Assembly: GCA_028140795.1 (NCBI GenBank)
Contig: JAOIOW010000003.1
Coordinates: 60,663-124,662, forward strand
DNA from: Fidelibacterota bacterium
GTDB taxonomy: Bacteria > Fidelibacterota > Marinisomatia > Marinisomatales > Marinisomataceae
DNA: 64,000 nucleotides
Direction of reading: 5' to 3'
Both the position numbers and the translations under genes were made by a program. Of the stretch, positions 9,052-18,038 are shown piece after piece; the stretch's first letter is position 1, and each line of letters opens with the position of its first letter. The notes below the pieces were generated by a model. It did no database searches. It was not told where the DNA came from and saw only the letters and a list, made by a program, of their open reading frames with translations.

Positions 9052-9813
9052 TTATTTTTTTAGGTTTTTTACAAAATTTTCAACAACACCCTTTTTTGTA
9101 TCTTTGAGAACTTTTTTTATAACTGCAGATCCAACTACAGCCCCATCTGAAAAACTATTAAACCAATTAACATCATCATTTGTGCTTATACCAAAACCTA
9201 CCATAAATGGCGTTTCGCTATTATCTTTTACTTTTGCTAAGTAGTTCTTCAAATTATTTTTTGAACTCAGGTCATTACCAGTAATACCTAAAATACTTAC
9301 AGCATATATGAGATCTCCTGCAAGTTTTGAAATTTTCTTAATTCTTTTTTCCGAAGTATTTGGAGCTACAAGAAGTATCGGAGAAATATTTTTATTCTTT
9401 AAATTATTACAAAATTCAACAGATTCATCAAGAGGTAAATCTGGTAGAATAACCCCATCAATTTCTGCATCATTACATTTTTTTATGAAATCCTTTGTAC
9501 CCATCCTAAGAATTGGATTATAATAACCCATTAGCGCAATAGGGACATCAGTTTCCTTTCTAATCTCCTTTACTTGTTCAAAAATTTCAAGTAGCGTAAT
9601 TCCATTTTTTAAAGCTATTTCGTTTGCTTCTTGAATAACTGGTCCATCTGCTTGAGGATCTGAAAAAGGAATACCTATCTCAATCATATCAGCTCCTCCT
9701 TTAATTGCTTCCAAAACTAAATTCTTCGTACTATCTTTATTTGGAAAACCTGCAGTAATAAATACTATTAATTTTTTAGAATCTGTTGCAAAAAGTTCTT
9801 TTATTCTATTCAT
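9052..9813 (-). CDS. trpA: Tryptophan synthase alpha chain
   Basis: '[19 protein letters not shown]' and 'GFGIS' motifs. Confidence 0.95.
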   Translation of the reverse strand: MNRIKELFATDSKKLIVFITAGFPNKDSTKNLVLEAIKGGADMIEIGIPFSDPQADGPVIQEANEIALKNGITLLEIFEQVKEIRKETDVPIALMGYYNPILRMGTKDFIKKCNDAEIDGVILPDLPLDESVEFCNNLKNKNISPILLVAPNTSEKRIKKISKLAGDLIYAVSILGITGNDLSSKNNLKNYLAKVKDNSETPFMVGFGISTNDDVNWFNSFSDGAVVGSAVIKKVLKDTKKGVVENFVKNLKK

Positions 9814-11018
9814 AATTCAATACCCAATTCCTTTGCAATAGTATTTATATCTTTATCTCCTCTTCCAGATAAATTCAAAATAACATGTTCATTTTTTTTG
9901 ATATTATTATTTTTATTTTTTAAATAAGCAACAGCATGTGCAGTTTCTAAAGCTGGAATTATTCCCTCTTTTTCAGACAACCACTTGAATGCTTCTAACG
10001 CTTCATCATCCGTTGCTGATGAATATTCAACTCTTTTGGTTTTTTGAAGATAACTGTGTTCTGGACCAATTCCTGGATAATCTAAACCTGCAGATAAAGA
10101 ATAAGGTAAAGCAATTTGACCATCCATACTTTGTAGTAACATTGATGCTGCACCATGTAATACACCAAATTCACCCTTCGTAAGAGTAGCAGCATGCTGA
10201 TTTGTATCAATCCCCTTTCCTGCAGCTTCAACTCCAACTATTTTTACATCATCATCAATGAAAGGATAAAATAAGCCAAGAGCATTAGACCCACCACCAA
10301 CACATGCTATAAGTCTATCAGGTAATTTTTTATTAGTCATATCTGTAAATTGTTTTTTTGTTTCAGTACCAATTACAGATTGAAAATCACGAACAAGCAT
10401 TGGGTATGGATGAGGTCCAACAGAAGAACCAATAATGTAGAATGTATCTTCTACATTTGTTACCCAATCCCTAATTGCTTCATTGGTAGCATCTTTTAAA
10501 GTTTTAGATCCAGAAGTAACAGGTATAACTTTTGCACCCATTAAATTAATTTTAAACACATTTAGCTTTTGACGCTCAATATCTTCCTCGCCCATATAAA
10601 CAATACATTCTAAACCAAATTTAGCAGCTGCTGCTGCAGTAGCTACACCATGTTGTCCTGCTCCTGTTTCAGCAATAATTCTTTTTTTTCCCATTCTATG
10701 TGCCAATAAAATTTGTCCAAGGGCATTGTTTATTTTATGTGCACCGGTATGATTTAGATCTTCCCTTTTAAGCCATACATTAAAACCTAGTTCTTCGGAA
10801 ATATTTTTAGCTAAGTATAATGGAGTTGGTCTACCTCCGTAATGTTTAAGCAAATTAAAAAATTCTTTTTGGAAATTTTTATCTTTTTTGCTCTTTAAAT
10901 ATTCCTGCTCTAATTCATCCAATGCAGGAATAAGAGTTTCAGGAACATATTTTCCACCAAATTCTTCAAAATGCCCATACTTATCAGGCATATTATATTT
11001 TTTAACTAAATTATCCAA
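9810..11018 (-). CDS. trpB: Tryptophan synthase beta chain
   Basis: '[11 protein letters not shown]' (PLP lysine) and 'GGGSNA' motifs. Confidence 0.97.
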   Translation of the reverse strand: MDNLVKKYNMPDKYGHFEEFGGKYVPETLIPALDELEQEYLKSKKDKNFQKEFFNLLKHYGGRPTPLYLAKNISEELGFNVWLKREDLNHTGAHKINNALGQILLAHRMGKKRIIAETGAGQHGVATAAAAAKFGLECIVYMGEEDIERQKLNVFKINLMGAKVIPVTSGSKTLKDATNEAIRDWVTNVEDTFYIIGSSVGPHPYPMLVRDFQSVIGTETKKQFTDMTNKKLPDRLIACVGGGSNALGLFYPFIDDDVKIVGVEAAGKGIDTNQHAATLTKGEFGVLHGAASMLLQSMDGQIALPYSLSAGLDYPGIGPEHSYLQKTKRVEYSSATDDEALEAFKWLSEKEGIIPALETAHAVAYLKNKNNNIKKNEHVILNLSGRGDKDINTIAKELGIEL

Positions 11019-11643
11019 AACTAAACTCCTTCTTTTTTGTTTGTTTTAAAATTTTGACAATCCTAAAGATTTTTGACTTACTTTTTAATCCAGGACTTTT
11101 TTCAACACCACTATTTATATCAACTGCATGAGGATTGATCTGATTAATACCATCCAAAATATTATTTTCATTTAAACCCCCTGATAGTATGATTGGAAGA
11201 TTGAATTTAACATTTTCAATTATTTTCCAATTAAAGATTTTACCAGTGCCTCCAAATTGATTTCTTGTTCTATTATCAAGCAGAATTGCGTGTACATCAT
11301 AATTATTTATTACATTTAAATCACTTTTTTTTGAAACAGATAAAGCTTTTATGACCGGAACTTTGAAATTATTACAAAATTCAGGTGTTTCATTTCCGTG
11401 TAGCTGAATTGCATCAAGATTTAATTCATTTATGACATCATTAATAATATTTTTACTCTCATTTACAAAAATGCCAATTTTTTTTAACCCAGAAGAACTC
11501 ATGCTGATTTTTTTTGCATTTTCTATATCAACACATCTTGGGCTTTTACCGTAAAATATCATCCCAATTGCAGTTGCCCCTGCATTTTTTGCATGCAAAG
11601 CGTCTTTATAATTAGTTATACCGCAAATTTTCAAATCTATCAT
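11011..11643 (-). CDS. trpF: Phosphoribosylanthranilate isomerase
   Basis: 'KICGIT', 'IQLHGNE' and position between trpC and trpB. Confidence 0.9.
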   Translation of the reverse strand: MIDLKICGITNYKDALHAKNAGATAIGMIFYGKSPRCVDIENAKKISMSSSGLKKIGIFVNESKNIINDVINELNLDAIQLHGNETPEFCNNFKVPVIKALSVSKKSDLNVINNYDVHAILLDNRTRNQFGGTGKIFNWKIIENVKFNLPIILSGGLNENNILDGINQINPHAVDINSGVEKSPGLKSKSKIFRIVKILKQTKKKEFSFG

Positions 11644-12398
11644 AACTCTTTTATAATTCGTTCAAGTTTTTTTCCGGGATTTTTACTTTTCATCAAAGAT
11701 GTTCCCATAAGTATGGCATCATATCCCAACTGCTCAACAATTTTTATTTTTTTAATACTTTTAAAACCACTTTCTGCAACTTTAAGCGAATCTTTAGGTA
11801 GTTTTGGAAAAAATCTCTCAAATCTTGAAAAATCAAGTTCCATTTTTTTTAAATTTCTACAATTCACGCCTACAATTGTAGGACTAAGCTCGTTAATAGC
11901 TAAAAGGTTTTTTCTATCGTGAATTTCTACTAATGTTTCCATTTTTTCATTTAATCCAAAGCTATAAAGGTCTGCCAAATCATTATAGTTCAAGGCTTCA
12001 GCAATTAATAAGAAAGCGTCAGAGCCATGGCTCATTCCTTGTAAAATTTGTTTTTTACTTATGATAAAATCTTTTTGCATAACAGGAATGTTCACTGCAT
12101 TTTTAATATCCTTTAAAAATTTAATATCACCATTAAAAAATCGTCTATCAGTCAGAACAGAAATAGCTGCAGCGCCAGCATTTTCATAATCTTTAGCAAT
12201 TTGAATATGTTCACCCTTTTTAAGAATTATTCCCTCACTTGGTGATGCAAATTTTATTTCTGCAATTATAGATATTTTGCCTCCTTTTAAAGCTTTTTTT
12301 AAACTGAGTCTTTTATAGTTGGAGCTTTCTAAATGTAGTTCAGGAATTTTCTTAATTTCTGTTTTTTTATGATTCAAAATCTTATCTAAAATATTCAC
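11640..12398 (-). CDS. trpC: Indole-3-glycerol-phosphate synthase
   Basis: 'IIAEIKFASPSEG', 'ISVLTD' and 'VGVNCRNL' motifs. Confidence 0.93.
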   Translation of the reverse strand: MNILDKILNHKKTEIKKIPELHLESSNYKRLSLKKALKGGKISIIAEIKFASPSEGIILKKGEHIQIAKDYENAGAAAISVLTDRRFFNGDIKFLKDIKNAVNIPVMQKDFIISKKQILQGMSHGSDAFLLIAEALNYNDLADLYSFGLNEKMETLVEIHDRKNLLAINELSPTIVGVNCRNLKKMELDFSRFERFFPKLPKDSLKVAESGFKSIKKIKIVEQLGYDAILMGTSLMKSKNPGKKLERIIKEL

Positions 12399-13390
12399 TT
12401 TTGAATACCTTTCAATACTTTAAGAGCAGATAACGAATCGACTGATTCTTCCGCTAAAGAATAACCTTCTTTTAAAGACGTTGCTTTACCTCCAACCATG
12501 ATTCCTGCAGCGGCATTCAGCAAAACTATATCTCTGTTAGGACCTTTTTTTCCATTTAAAATATCCAAAATAATTTTTGCATTAATATCTGAAGTACCTC
12601 CCTGTAAATCTTCATGTTTGGACAATGAAATTCCTATAGACTTTGGATCAAATTTTAAATTGATAATTTTACTATCATTTAAAAAATAAGAAATATTAGA
12701 ATCGCAAGTTGTAGTAAGCTCGTCAAGGCCATCGTCTCCGTTAAAAACCATAACATTCTTTGAACCTAAATTTTTTAAAACTTGTGTTTGAATTTTAGTC
12801 AATGATGGTTCAAAAACTCCCATTGCTTGATTTTTAACATTTGCAGGATTACATAATGGACCTAAAATATTGAAAACTGTTTTAATTTTTAATTTACTTC
12901 TAACATTCATAGCATTTTTTACAGCTGGATGAAAATTTGGAGCAAACATGAAACATATATTATTTTTTTCCAAACTTCGAATGCAATTTTCATTTGATTT
13001 ATTTATATCTACGTTCAATGCTTCGAGAACATCAGCTGAACCTGATTTTGATGTCATAGATCTATTACCGTGTTTAGCTACCTTTATTCCTGCTCCAGCC
13101 ACGACAATTGAGGATGCAGTTGAAATATTAAATGTCCCAGAATAATCTCCGCCTGTACCACACATATCAATAGCAGGAAAATTAAGATCTAATTCAATCA
13201 TAGTATGTCGCATAGCTTTTGCAAAACCAGTTATTTCATCAACTGTTTCTCCTTTTGACCTTAAACCAACTAATAAAGCTGCAATTTGAACGTCATCTAG
13301 ATTTCCTTTCATTAATTCCAGCATAATTTCAAAAGCTTCATTCTCGTTGAGATTTTCTTTTTTTACAACTTTTTTTATTGATTCAATCAT
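12395..13390 (-). CDS. trpD: Anthranilate phosphoribosyltransferase
   Basis: 'CGTGGD', 'KHGNRSMTSKSGSADVLEALN' motifs. Confidence 0.95.
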   Translation of the reverse strand: MIESIKKVVKKENLNENEAFEIMLELMKGNLDDVQIAALLVGLRSKGETVDEITGFAKAMRHTMIELDLNFPAIDMCGTGGDYSGTFNISTASSIVVAGAGIKVAKHGNRSMTSKSGSADVLEALNVDINKSNENCIRSLEKNNICFMFAPNFHPAVKNAMNVRSKLKIKTVFNILGPLCNPANVKNQAMGVFEPSLTKIQTQVLKNLGSKNVMVFNGDDGLDELTTTCDSNISYFLNDSKIINLKFDPKSIGISLSKHEDLQGGTSDINAKIILDILNGKKGPNRDIVLLNAAAGIMVGGKATSLKEGYSLAEESVDSLSALKVLKGIQK

Positions 13391-13954
13391 CTATATTTCC
13401 AAAAAATTTTTGATTATGACTTTACCATCTTTTGTAGCAATCGATTCAGGGTGAAATTGAACTCCATAAAGATTTGAAGTCTTGTGTTTAAGTCCCATGA
13501 TGGTTTTATTATCAGTTTCAGCAATTACTTCCAAGCAAGTAGGTAAAGAGGCTTTTTCAACAATTAGCGAATGATATCTAGTGGCATTAAAGCTATCATT
13601 TATACCTTTAAATAATTTTGAACCAAAATGATTAACATTTGAGACTTTACCATGCATAATTTTTTTCGCTTGAACTATTTCACCACCAAAAGCATATCCA
13701 ATTGCCTGATGTCCCAGACAAACACCTAATATTGGAACTTTTTGATAAAAATGTTGAATGACTTCAACAATATTTCCTGCGTTTTCAGGTTTTCCCGGCC
13801 CAGGAGAAATAACTATATGGGAAGGATTAATTTCTTTAACATTTTTTAAGGACGTTTCATCATTTCTTTTGGTAACAATATCTTTTTTTATATCACCAAT
13901 ATATTGCACAAGATTATAAGTAAAGCTATCGTAGTTATCGATAACAAGTATCAT
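13391..13954 (-). CDS. trpG: Anthranilate synthase component II (glutamine amidotransferase)
   Basis: 'GVCLGHQAIG' catalytic Cys and 'QFHPES' motifs. Confidence 0.93.
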   Translation of the reverse strand: MILVIDNYDSFTYNLVQYIGDIKKDIVTKRNDETSLKNVKEINPSHIVISPGPGKPENAGNIVEVIQHFYQKVPILGVCLGHQAIGYAFGGEIVQAKKIMHGKVSNVNHFGSKLFKGINDSFNATRYHSLIVEKASLPTCLEVIAETDNKTIMGLKHKTSNLYGVQFHPESIATKDGKVIIKNFLEI

Positions 13955-15432
13955 TTTATCAACCCATTTTCAGCAAGATCAATTGCAGCATTCATGACTT
14001 TTGCTTTATTTACAGTTTCATCATACTCTTTTGATGGAATCGAATCATAAACAATACCAGCTCCAGCTTGAAAGTATGCAATTTCGTTTTTTAAAATCAT
14101 AGTTCTTATTGAGATGCAAGTGTTTAAGTTTCCGTTAAAATCTATAAAACCAATCGCTCCTGAGAAAATACCCCTACTATCATTTTCTAATTCATTAATT
14201 ATCTCCATTGCTCTTATCTTTGGTGCTCCTGAAACTGTACCGGCAGGAAAACCACTTTTTAAAGCATCAAAAATGTTTTTATCTTTCATAAGTTTTCCTC
14301 TGACATCTGAAACGATGTGCATCACATGTGAATACATCTCAATATTCATTTTTTCTTTAATTTTGACACTATCAAATTCAGAAACTCTTCCAACATCATT
14401 TCTTCCTAAATCAAGCAACATCAAGTGTTCAGCTAATTCCTTTTTATCGTTTAACAAATCTTGAGCATTTCTTTCATCTTCAATTGCATTTTTACCCCTC
14501 AATCTAGTACCAGCTATTGGACGAATTTCAACTTCACCTTCTTGAACTTTAATCATAAGCTCAGGAGAAGCACCAATAACATCAAATGAATCAATTTTTA
14601 AATGGAACATATATGGTGAAGGATTAATAGACCTTAATGCTCTGTAAACATTCAAAGGTTCTGATAAGGTTTTTCGCTCAAATCTTTGACTCAAAACAAC
14701 TTGAAAAATATCGCCAGACTTAACATATTTTTTTGCTTTATTTACAATTTTTTCAAATTCACTTTTTTTAAAGTTAGAGATTGTCGGAAATGATTTTGTA
14801 ACTAATGGAGTTCTAAATTCGTGATTCGAATGTAATAAATTTCCAATTGAATCAACTCTAGAATTAGCCTCATCAAAAAGTTCATTTAAATTTTCACTTC
14901 TTTCAAGATTGACGTTTGATACTACAATGGCGTCACCATTTAAGTGATCAAAAACTATTATGTCTTCAAAAAGCATAAATTTTGAATCAGGTATTTGTAA
15001 ATATTTCGTTTTTTTAACTGGAACATTTTCGAAAAAATCAATCATTTCATATCCAAAGTAACCAACAATTCCTCCTGTAAAATGTGGAAGTTGATCTAGT
15101 TTTTGGCTTTTATGTGAATCATTTAAATTTTTCAAAAAATCAAAGAAGTTAGCATCTATTTTTTTTCGTTTACCATTAATAACCTCAAATAAAGACCTCT
15201 GGTCATATTCAAAGATCCTTGATGGATTTATGCCAACATAAGAATATCTACCATTTTTCTTTGCTTTCTCCACAGATTCAAGAATGAATCCGTAATCGGA
15301 GTGCATTGATAAATTTGCCCAAGCTGCAGTAGGTGTAATAGTATCTGCCATTATTCTTTTGAAAAAAGGCACAACTTTTCTTCCATCTTTTGCAAGCAAG
15401 TTAAATTCTTTTTTTGATAATTTATTTTTCAT
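13951..15432 (-). CDS. trpE: Anthranilate synthase component I
   Basis: 'LESVE', 'PSPYMF', 'GTVSGAPKIRAMEII' and 'GAGIV' motifs. Confidence 0.95.
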   Translation of the reverse strand: MKNKLSKKEFNLLAKDGRKVVPFFKRIMADTITPTAAWANLSMHSDYGFILESVEKAKKNGRYSYVGINPSRIFEYDQRSLFEVINGKRKKIDANFFDFLKNLNDSHKSQKLDQLPHFTGGIVGYFGYEMIDFFENVPVKKTKYLQIPDSKFMLFEDIIVFDHLNGDAIVVSNVNLERSENLNELFDEANSRVDSIGNLLHSNHEFRTPLVTKSFPTISNFKKSEFEKIVNKAKKYVKSGDIFQVVLSQRFERKTLSEPLNVYRALRSINPSPYMFHLKIDSFDVIGASPELMIKVQEGEVEIRPIAGTRLRGKNAIEDERNAQDLLNDKKELAEHLMLLDLGRNDVGRVSEFDSVKIKEKMNIEMYSHVMHIVSDVRGKLMKDKNIFDALKSGFPAGTVSGAPKIRAMEIINELENDSRGIFSGAIGFIDFNGNLNTCISIRTMILKNEIAYFQAGAGIVYDSIPSKEYDETVNKAKVMNAAIDLAENGLIK

Positions 15433-15439
15433 TTTATAT

Positions 15440-15466
15440 AAAAAAAAACCCCGATAAACGGGGTTT
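15440..15466 (-). terminator. Intrinsic terminator hairpin plus U-tract (terminator arm of the trp attenuator)
   Basis: Minus-strand RNA reads AAACCCCG-UUUAU-CGGGGUUU followed by more U, giving nine consecutive U overall. The tract ends 7 nt before the trpE ATG at 15432. Confidence 0.75.
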
Positions 15467-15492
15467 CAAAATCTTGTTAACATGAACTTGGC

Positions 15493-15552
15493 TTACAAGA
15501 CAGATCCCCCGACTTGAAAATACCACTTCCATGTTTTTGAGTTATTTTTCAC
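15493..15552 (-). CDS. Candidate 19-aa trp leader peptide (M)KNNSKTWKWYFQVGGSVL
   Basis: GTG at 15552 is the only possible start in this frame, because an in-frame TAA lies 4 codons upstream. Trp codons are at 15531-15529 and 15525-15523. TAA is at 15495-15493. Codons 14-16 contain CGGGG (15511-15507), which can pair with CCCCG in the 5' arm of the terminator. GUCUUG/CAAGAU can extend that pairing. Confidence 0.5.
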   Translation of the reverse strand: MKNNSKTWKWYFQVGGSVL

Positions 15553-15591
15553 GAGAAAATATTAAAACATAAAATAAAATTTTGCAAATAC

Positions 15592-17988
15592 TTATTTTGA
15601 TTTGAATACTAATTTTGATGATTTTGAAGAATTTACAGCATCATAAGTAAACATAAATGGCTTGAATTCTCCTCTATTATACATCTCTGTTTGATCACGA
15701 TAATGTTTGGATCTAAATAATCCAGATTGCCCAGTTGGAAGTATGCTAAAACCATTATCAAAATCAGAAAAATCAATTATTCTTCTCATTGAGGAACCTG
15801 CTCGAACATCAAAAGGCTTGCTAACAGAATAGCTTGCAGCTCTAGGAGTCATTTCTGAGCCTGCCATTGGAAATGGTCCAACACTAAAATTTATTAATCT
15901 TTGAACCAGAGGATCTGCATCTAAATTATGTTCATAAGTAACTTGATGAACATCTCCCCATATAAGTTCTGAAGGATTTCCATATTTATCTTTAAGAAAA
16001 ATAAATGCGTCTTCAAAAGACTTGTTCACAATATCGTTAAGAGTCTCTTTTTTGACAGTTTTTACATTATCAACCCAAAGATTAGTCTTACCATCAAAAA
16101 TGCTTCTAATTGCTTGAGTTCTTATGTATTTAAGGCTATAAAATGTATCAAATGAACCATCACCAAAGCTCTGCAACTCATCTTGAAATATATTTTGAAC
16201 AAGGTGAATATAAATTGCATGAAATGCAACAGCCCCTTTTGAATCTAATGATTCAACACCATCCCAATCTTTTAGCATTTCATATATTTTATCTGCGTTA
16301 TCTGAAAAACCTAACGTATAGTTCTGAACAAAAAGTGGAGCGTATTGTTGGCCAAATGGAGCAGTTACTTCATTAAGAATAGACTTCATATCTTCAGTTG
16401 ATAATTTTATGTCCGTGTTTAATCTCCTATCAATTTGAGTAGCTCTACTAGGATCAGCCCAATATCTGGATATATAATAAGGATATTCGTTACCAACAAT
16501 TTTATTATTTCCGTTTGATATATATCCTTTTTCAGGATTAAAAGAGAATGGCATTTCATCAAAAGGAATGTATCCTTGCCAATCATACTTAGTTGTAGTT
16601 CCATCAAAAGGAACAAGTTTATCAGCATCAAGTCTGATAGGAATTTTTGTACTTGGTCTCCATCCAATATTTCCTTCTTTATCAGCGTACGTCCAATTTT
16701 GTCCAGGAGCTCCAAACAACTTTGAAGCTTCATTAAAATCTTCCCAATTTTTTGCTTTTGCAAGCATAAATAAGCCAGTGGTTTCGTCAAACGCATCAAA
16801 TTCTGTCCATCTAAATGATATAGCTTTATTCAAAGCTTTGGCGTCTCGATGTATTTCAGATATGATTGGACCTCTATGAGTAGATCTAATAATAATTTTA
16901 CGCTTAGAACCTGATTTAAGAACCAATTCTTCTTCTTCAATTATTAAATCTCTCCATTCACCATCAACATAATATTGTGTTTGATCTTCGTTTAATGATT
17001 CAATATAAAAATCCATATCATCTGTCATGACATTTGTAAAGCCCCATCCAATATTTTCATTATGTCCTATTACAGGCAAAGGAATACCATACAAACCATA
17101 ACCTCCAAAGTTATAATTATTACTTTTTAAACGAATTTCATACCACCAAGGAGGTAAATTGTATGCAAGATGTGGATCATTAGCTAGTAAAGGCTTACCA
17201 GATTTGGTTTTTGTTCCAGAAACTGCCCATGCGTTAGAACCGTAACCATCTCTATCAGTTTTTAACAAATTTCTCAAATTTTCAGTATCGCTGGCATACT
17301 GCTTAAATGATTTTAGTAACACGTCATTTGAAGAGATAGTAACAAAATTTGGATCATAAGATGGTAAAATTTCTGATAAATAATCTGGACCAAGTTGTTC
17401 ATTAATTGCTCCAAAGAATAGTTCAGAATCCCATCCTCCTTGCAATTCCCAAGCCATCATTGTACTTAATGCAACAATGTCAATAGGTTCAAAAGTAGGA
17501 AGTTCATCTATTTGTAATAATTTAAATTCAAGCGGAAATTCTGTTGGAGATAAACTTTGGACATAGGCATTTATTCCATAGCACGTGTCTTCTAAGTGTG
17601 CGAGAATATCTGAAGGTACTTTGTTCAAAGTTTTTTGAGCAATTTTTTCAAAACCAAGTGTTCTTAAAAAACGATCTTCTGTAAAAAGTGTATCATTAAC
17701 AACAGCACTAAGTTGACCTTTATATGCATATTTTAAAAAGGCCATTTGAAATAATCTATCTCTAGCACCCAAATAACCTGCTACTTTAAACATATCAGAA
17801 TCGCTGACAGCAAAAACGCTTGGAACGCCATAATCATCGAACAATACTTCCACATCATCTGATAATGAAAGCTCTTCATTTATGCCTTCATACGAAACTT
17901 CTACTGGACTCAAAAAAACATTTACAGCATAATTTATTATTATGAATAAAGATATTATTAAAAATAGAATTTTATAGCGCGTCCCCAT
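15592..17988 (-). CDS. Penicillin/acyl-homoserine-lactone acylase family protein (Ntn hydrolase, S45)
   Basis: Family-typical 'GYGSNAWAVSG...GKPLLANDPHL' (autoprocessing Ser nucleophile) and an N-terminal signal/anchor. I place the start at ATG 17988. The track's first codon at 18003 is TTG. Confidence 0.85.
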   Translation of the reverse strand: MGTRYKILFLIISLFIIINYAVNVFLSPVEVSYEGINEELSLSDDVEVLFDDYGVPSVFAVSDSDMFKVAGYLGARDRLFQMAFLKYAYKGQLSAVVNDTLFTEDRFLRTLGFEKIAQKTLNKVPSDILAHLEDTCYGINAYVQSLSPTEFPLEFKLLQIDELPTFEPIDIVALSTMMAWELQGGWDSELFFGAINEQLGPDYLSEILPSYDPNFVTISSNDVLLKSFKQYASDTENLRNLLKTDRDGYGSNAWAVSGTKTKSGKPLLANDPHLAYNLPPWWYEIRLKSNNYNFGGYGLYGIPLPVIGHNENIGWGFTNVMTDDMDFYIESLNEDQTQYYVDGEWRDLIIEEEELVLKSGSKRKIIIRSTHRGPIISEIHRDAKALNKAISFRWTEFDAFDETTGLFMLAKAKNWEDFNEASKLFGAPGQNWTYADKEGNIGWRPSTKIPIRLDADKLVPFDGTTTKYDWQGYIPFDEMPFSFNPEKGYISNGNNKIVGNEYPYYISRYWADPSRATQIDRRLNTDIKLSTEDMKSILNEVTAPFGQQYAPLFVQNYTLGFSDNADKIYEMLKDWDGVESLDSKGAVAFHAIYIHLVQNIFQDELQSFGDGSFDTFYSLKYIRTQAIRSIFDGKTNLWVDNVKTVKKETLNDIVNKSFEDAFIFLKDKYGNPSELIWGDVHQVTYEHNLDADPLVQRLINFSVGPFPMAGSEMTPRAASYSVSKPFDVRAGSSMRRIIDFSDFDNGFSILPTGQSGLFRSKHYRDQTEMYNRGEFKPFMFTYDAVNSSKSSKLVFKSK

Positions 17989-18038
17989 ATTGAAAACTAA
18001 CAAATAAATTATCTTTTTAAGAGAATTTTTTCAAAAAG

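Noticed and set aside
14114-14464. A 116-aa plus-strand ORF antisense to trpE. Similar antisense ORFs occur at 1316-1534, 3816-4061, 4084-4305, 4750-5085, 6239-6466, 9038-9244, 9308-9523, 11593-11922, 12498-12689, 12948-13145, 16568-16879, 46930-47193, 51460-51741, 54461-54808 and 63189-63443.
   Set aside because: All lie fully inside strongly supported genes on the opposite strand. Their low-complexity, Ser/Leu/Phe/Ile-rich translations carry no motifs. They are the expected by-product of codon bias on the antisense strand.
15434-15532. An alternative 32-aa ORF (MEVVFSSRGICLVSQVHVNKILKPRLSGFFFI) with an ATG start in the trpE upstream region.
   Set aside because: It has no Trp codons and reads straight through both terminator arms and the U-tract. 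The overlapping GTG-started frame, with TWKW and a stop before the hairpin, fits attenuation logic far better. This ATG frame cannot be formally excluded without data.
15559-15587. A near-consensus sigma-70-like promoter, TTGCAA-17 nt-TAATAT, upstream of the trp leader.
   Set aside because: Its expected transcription start (about 7 nt after the -10 element) would fall on or next to the GTG start of the leader peptide. That would leave a leaderless non-AUG start, which is awkward. In such AT-rich DNA, matches like this arise by chance, so it is not reported as a feature.
16419-16799. A 126-aa ORF on the same strand as the acylase gene but in a different frame. A similar 69-aa ORF lies at 52790-52999 inside alaS.
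   Set aside because: They are embedded in conserved parts of well-supported genes. Their composition is Leu/Ile/Lys-rich with no motif. There is no start context to suggest an overlapping gene.
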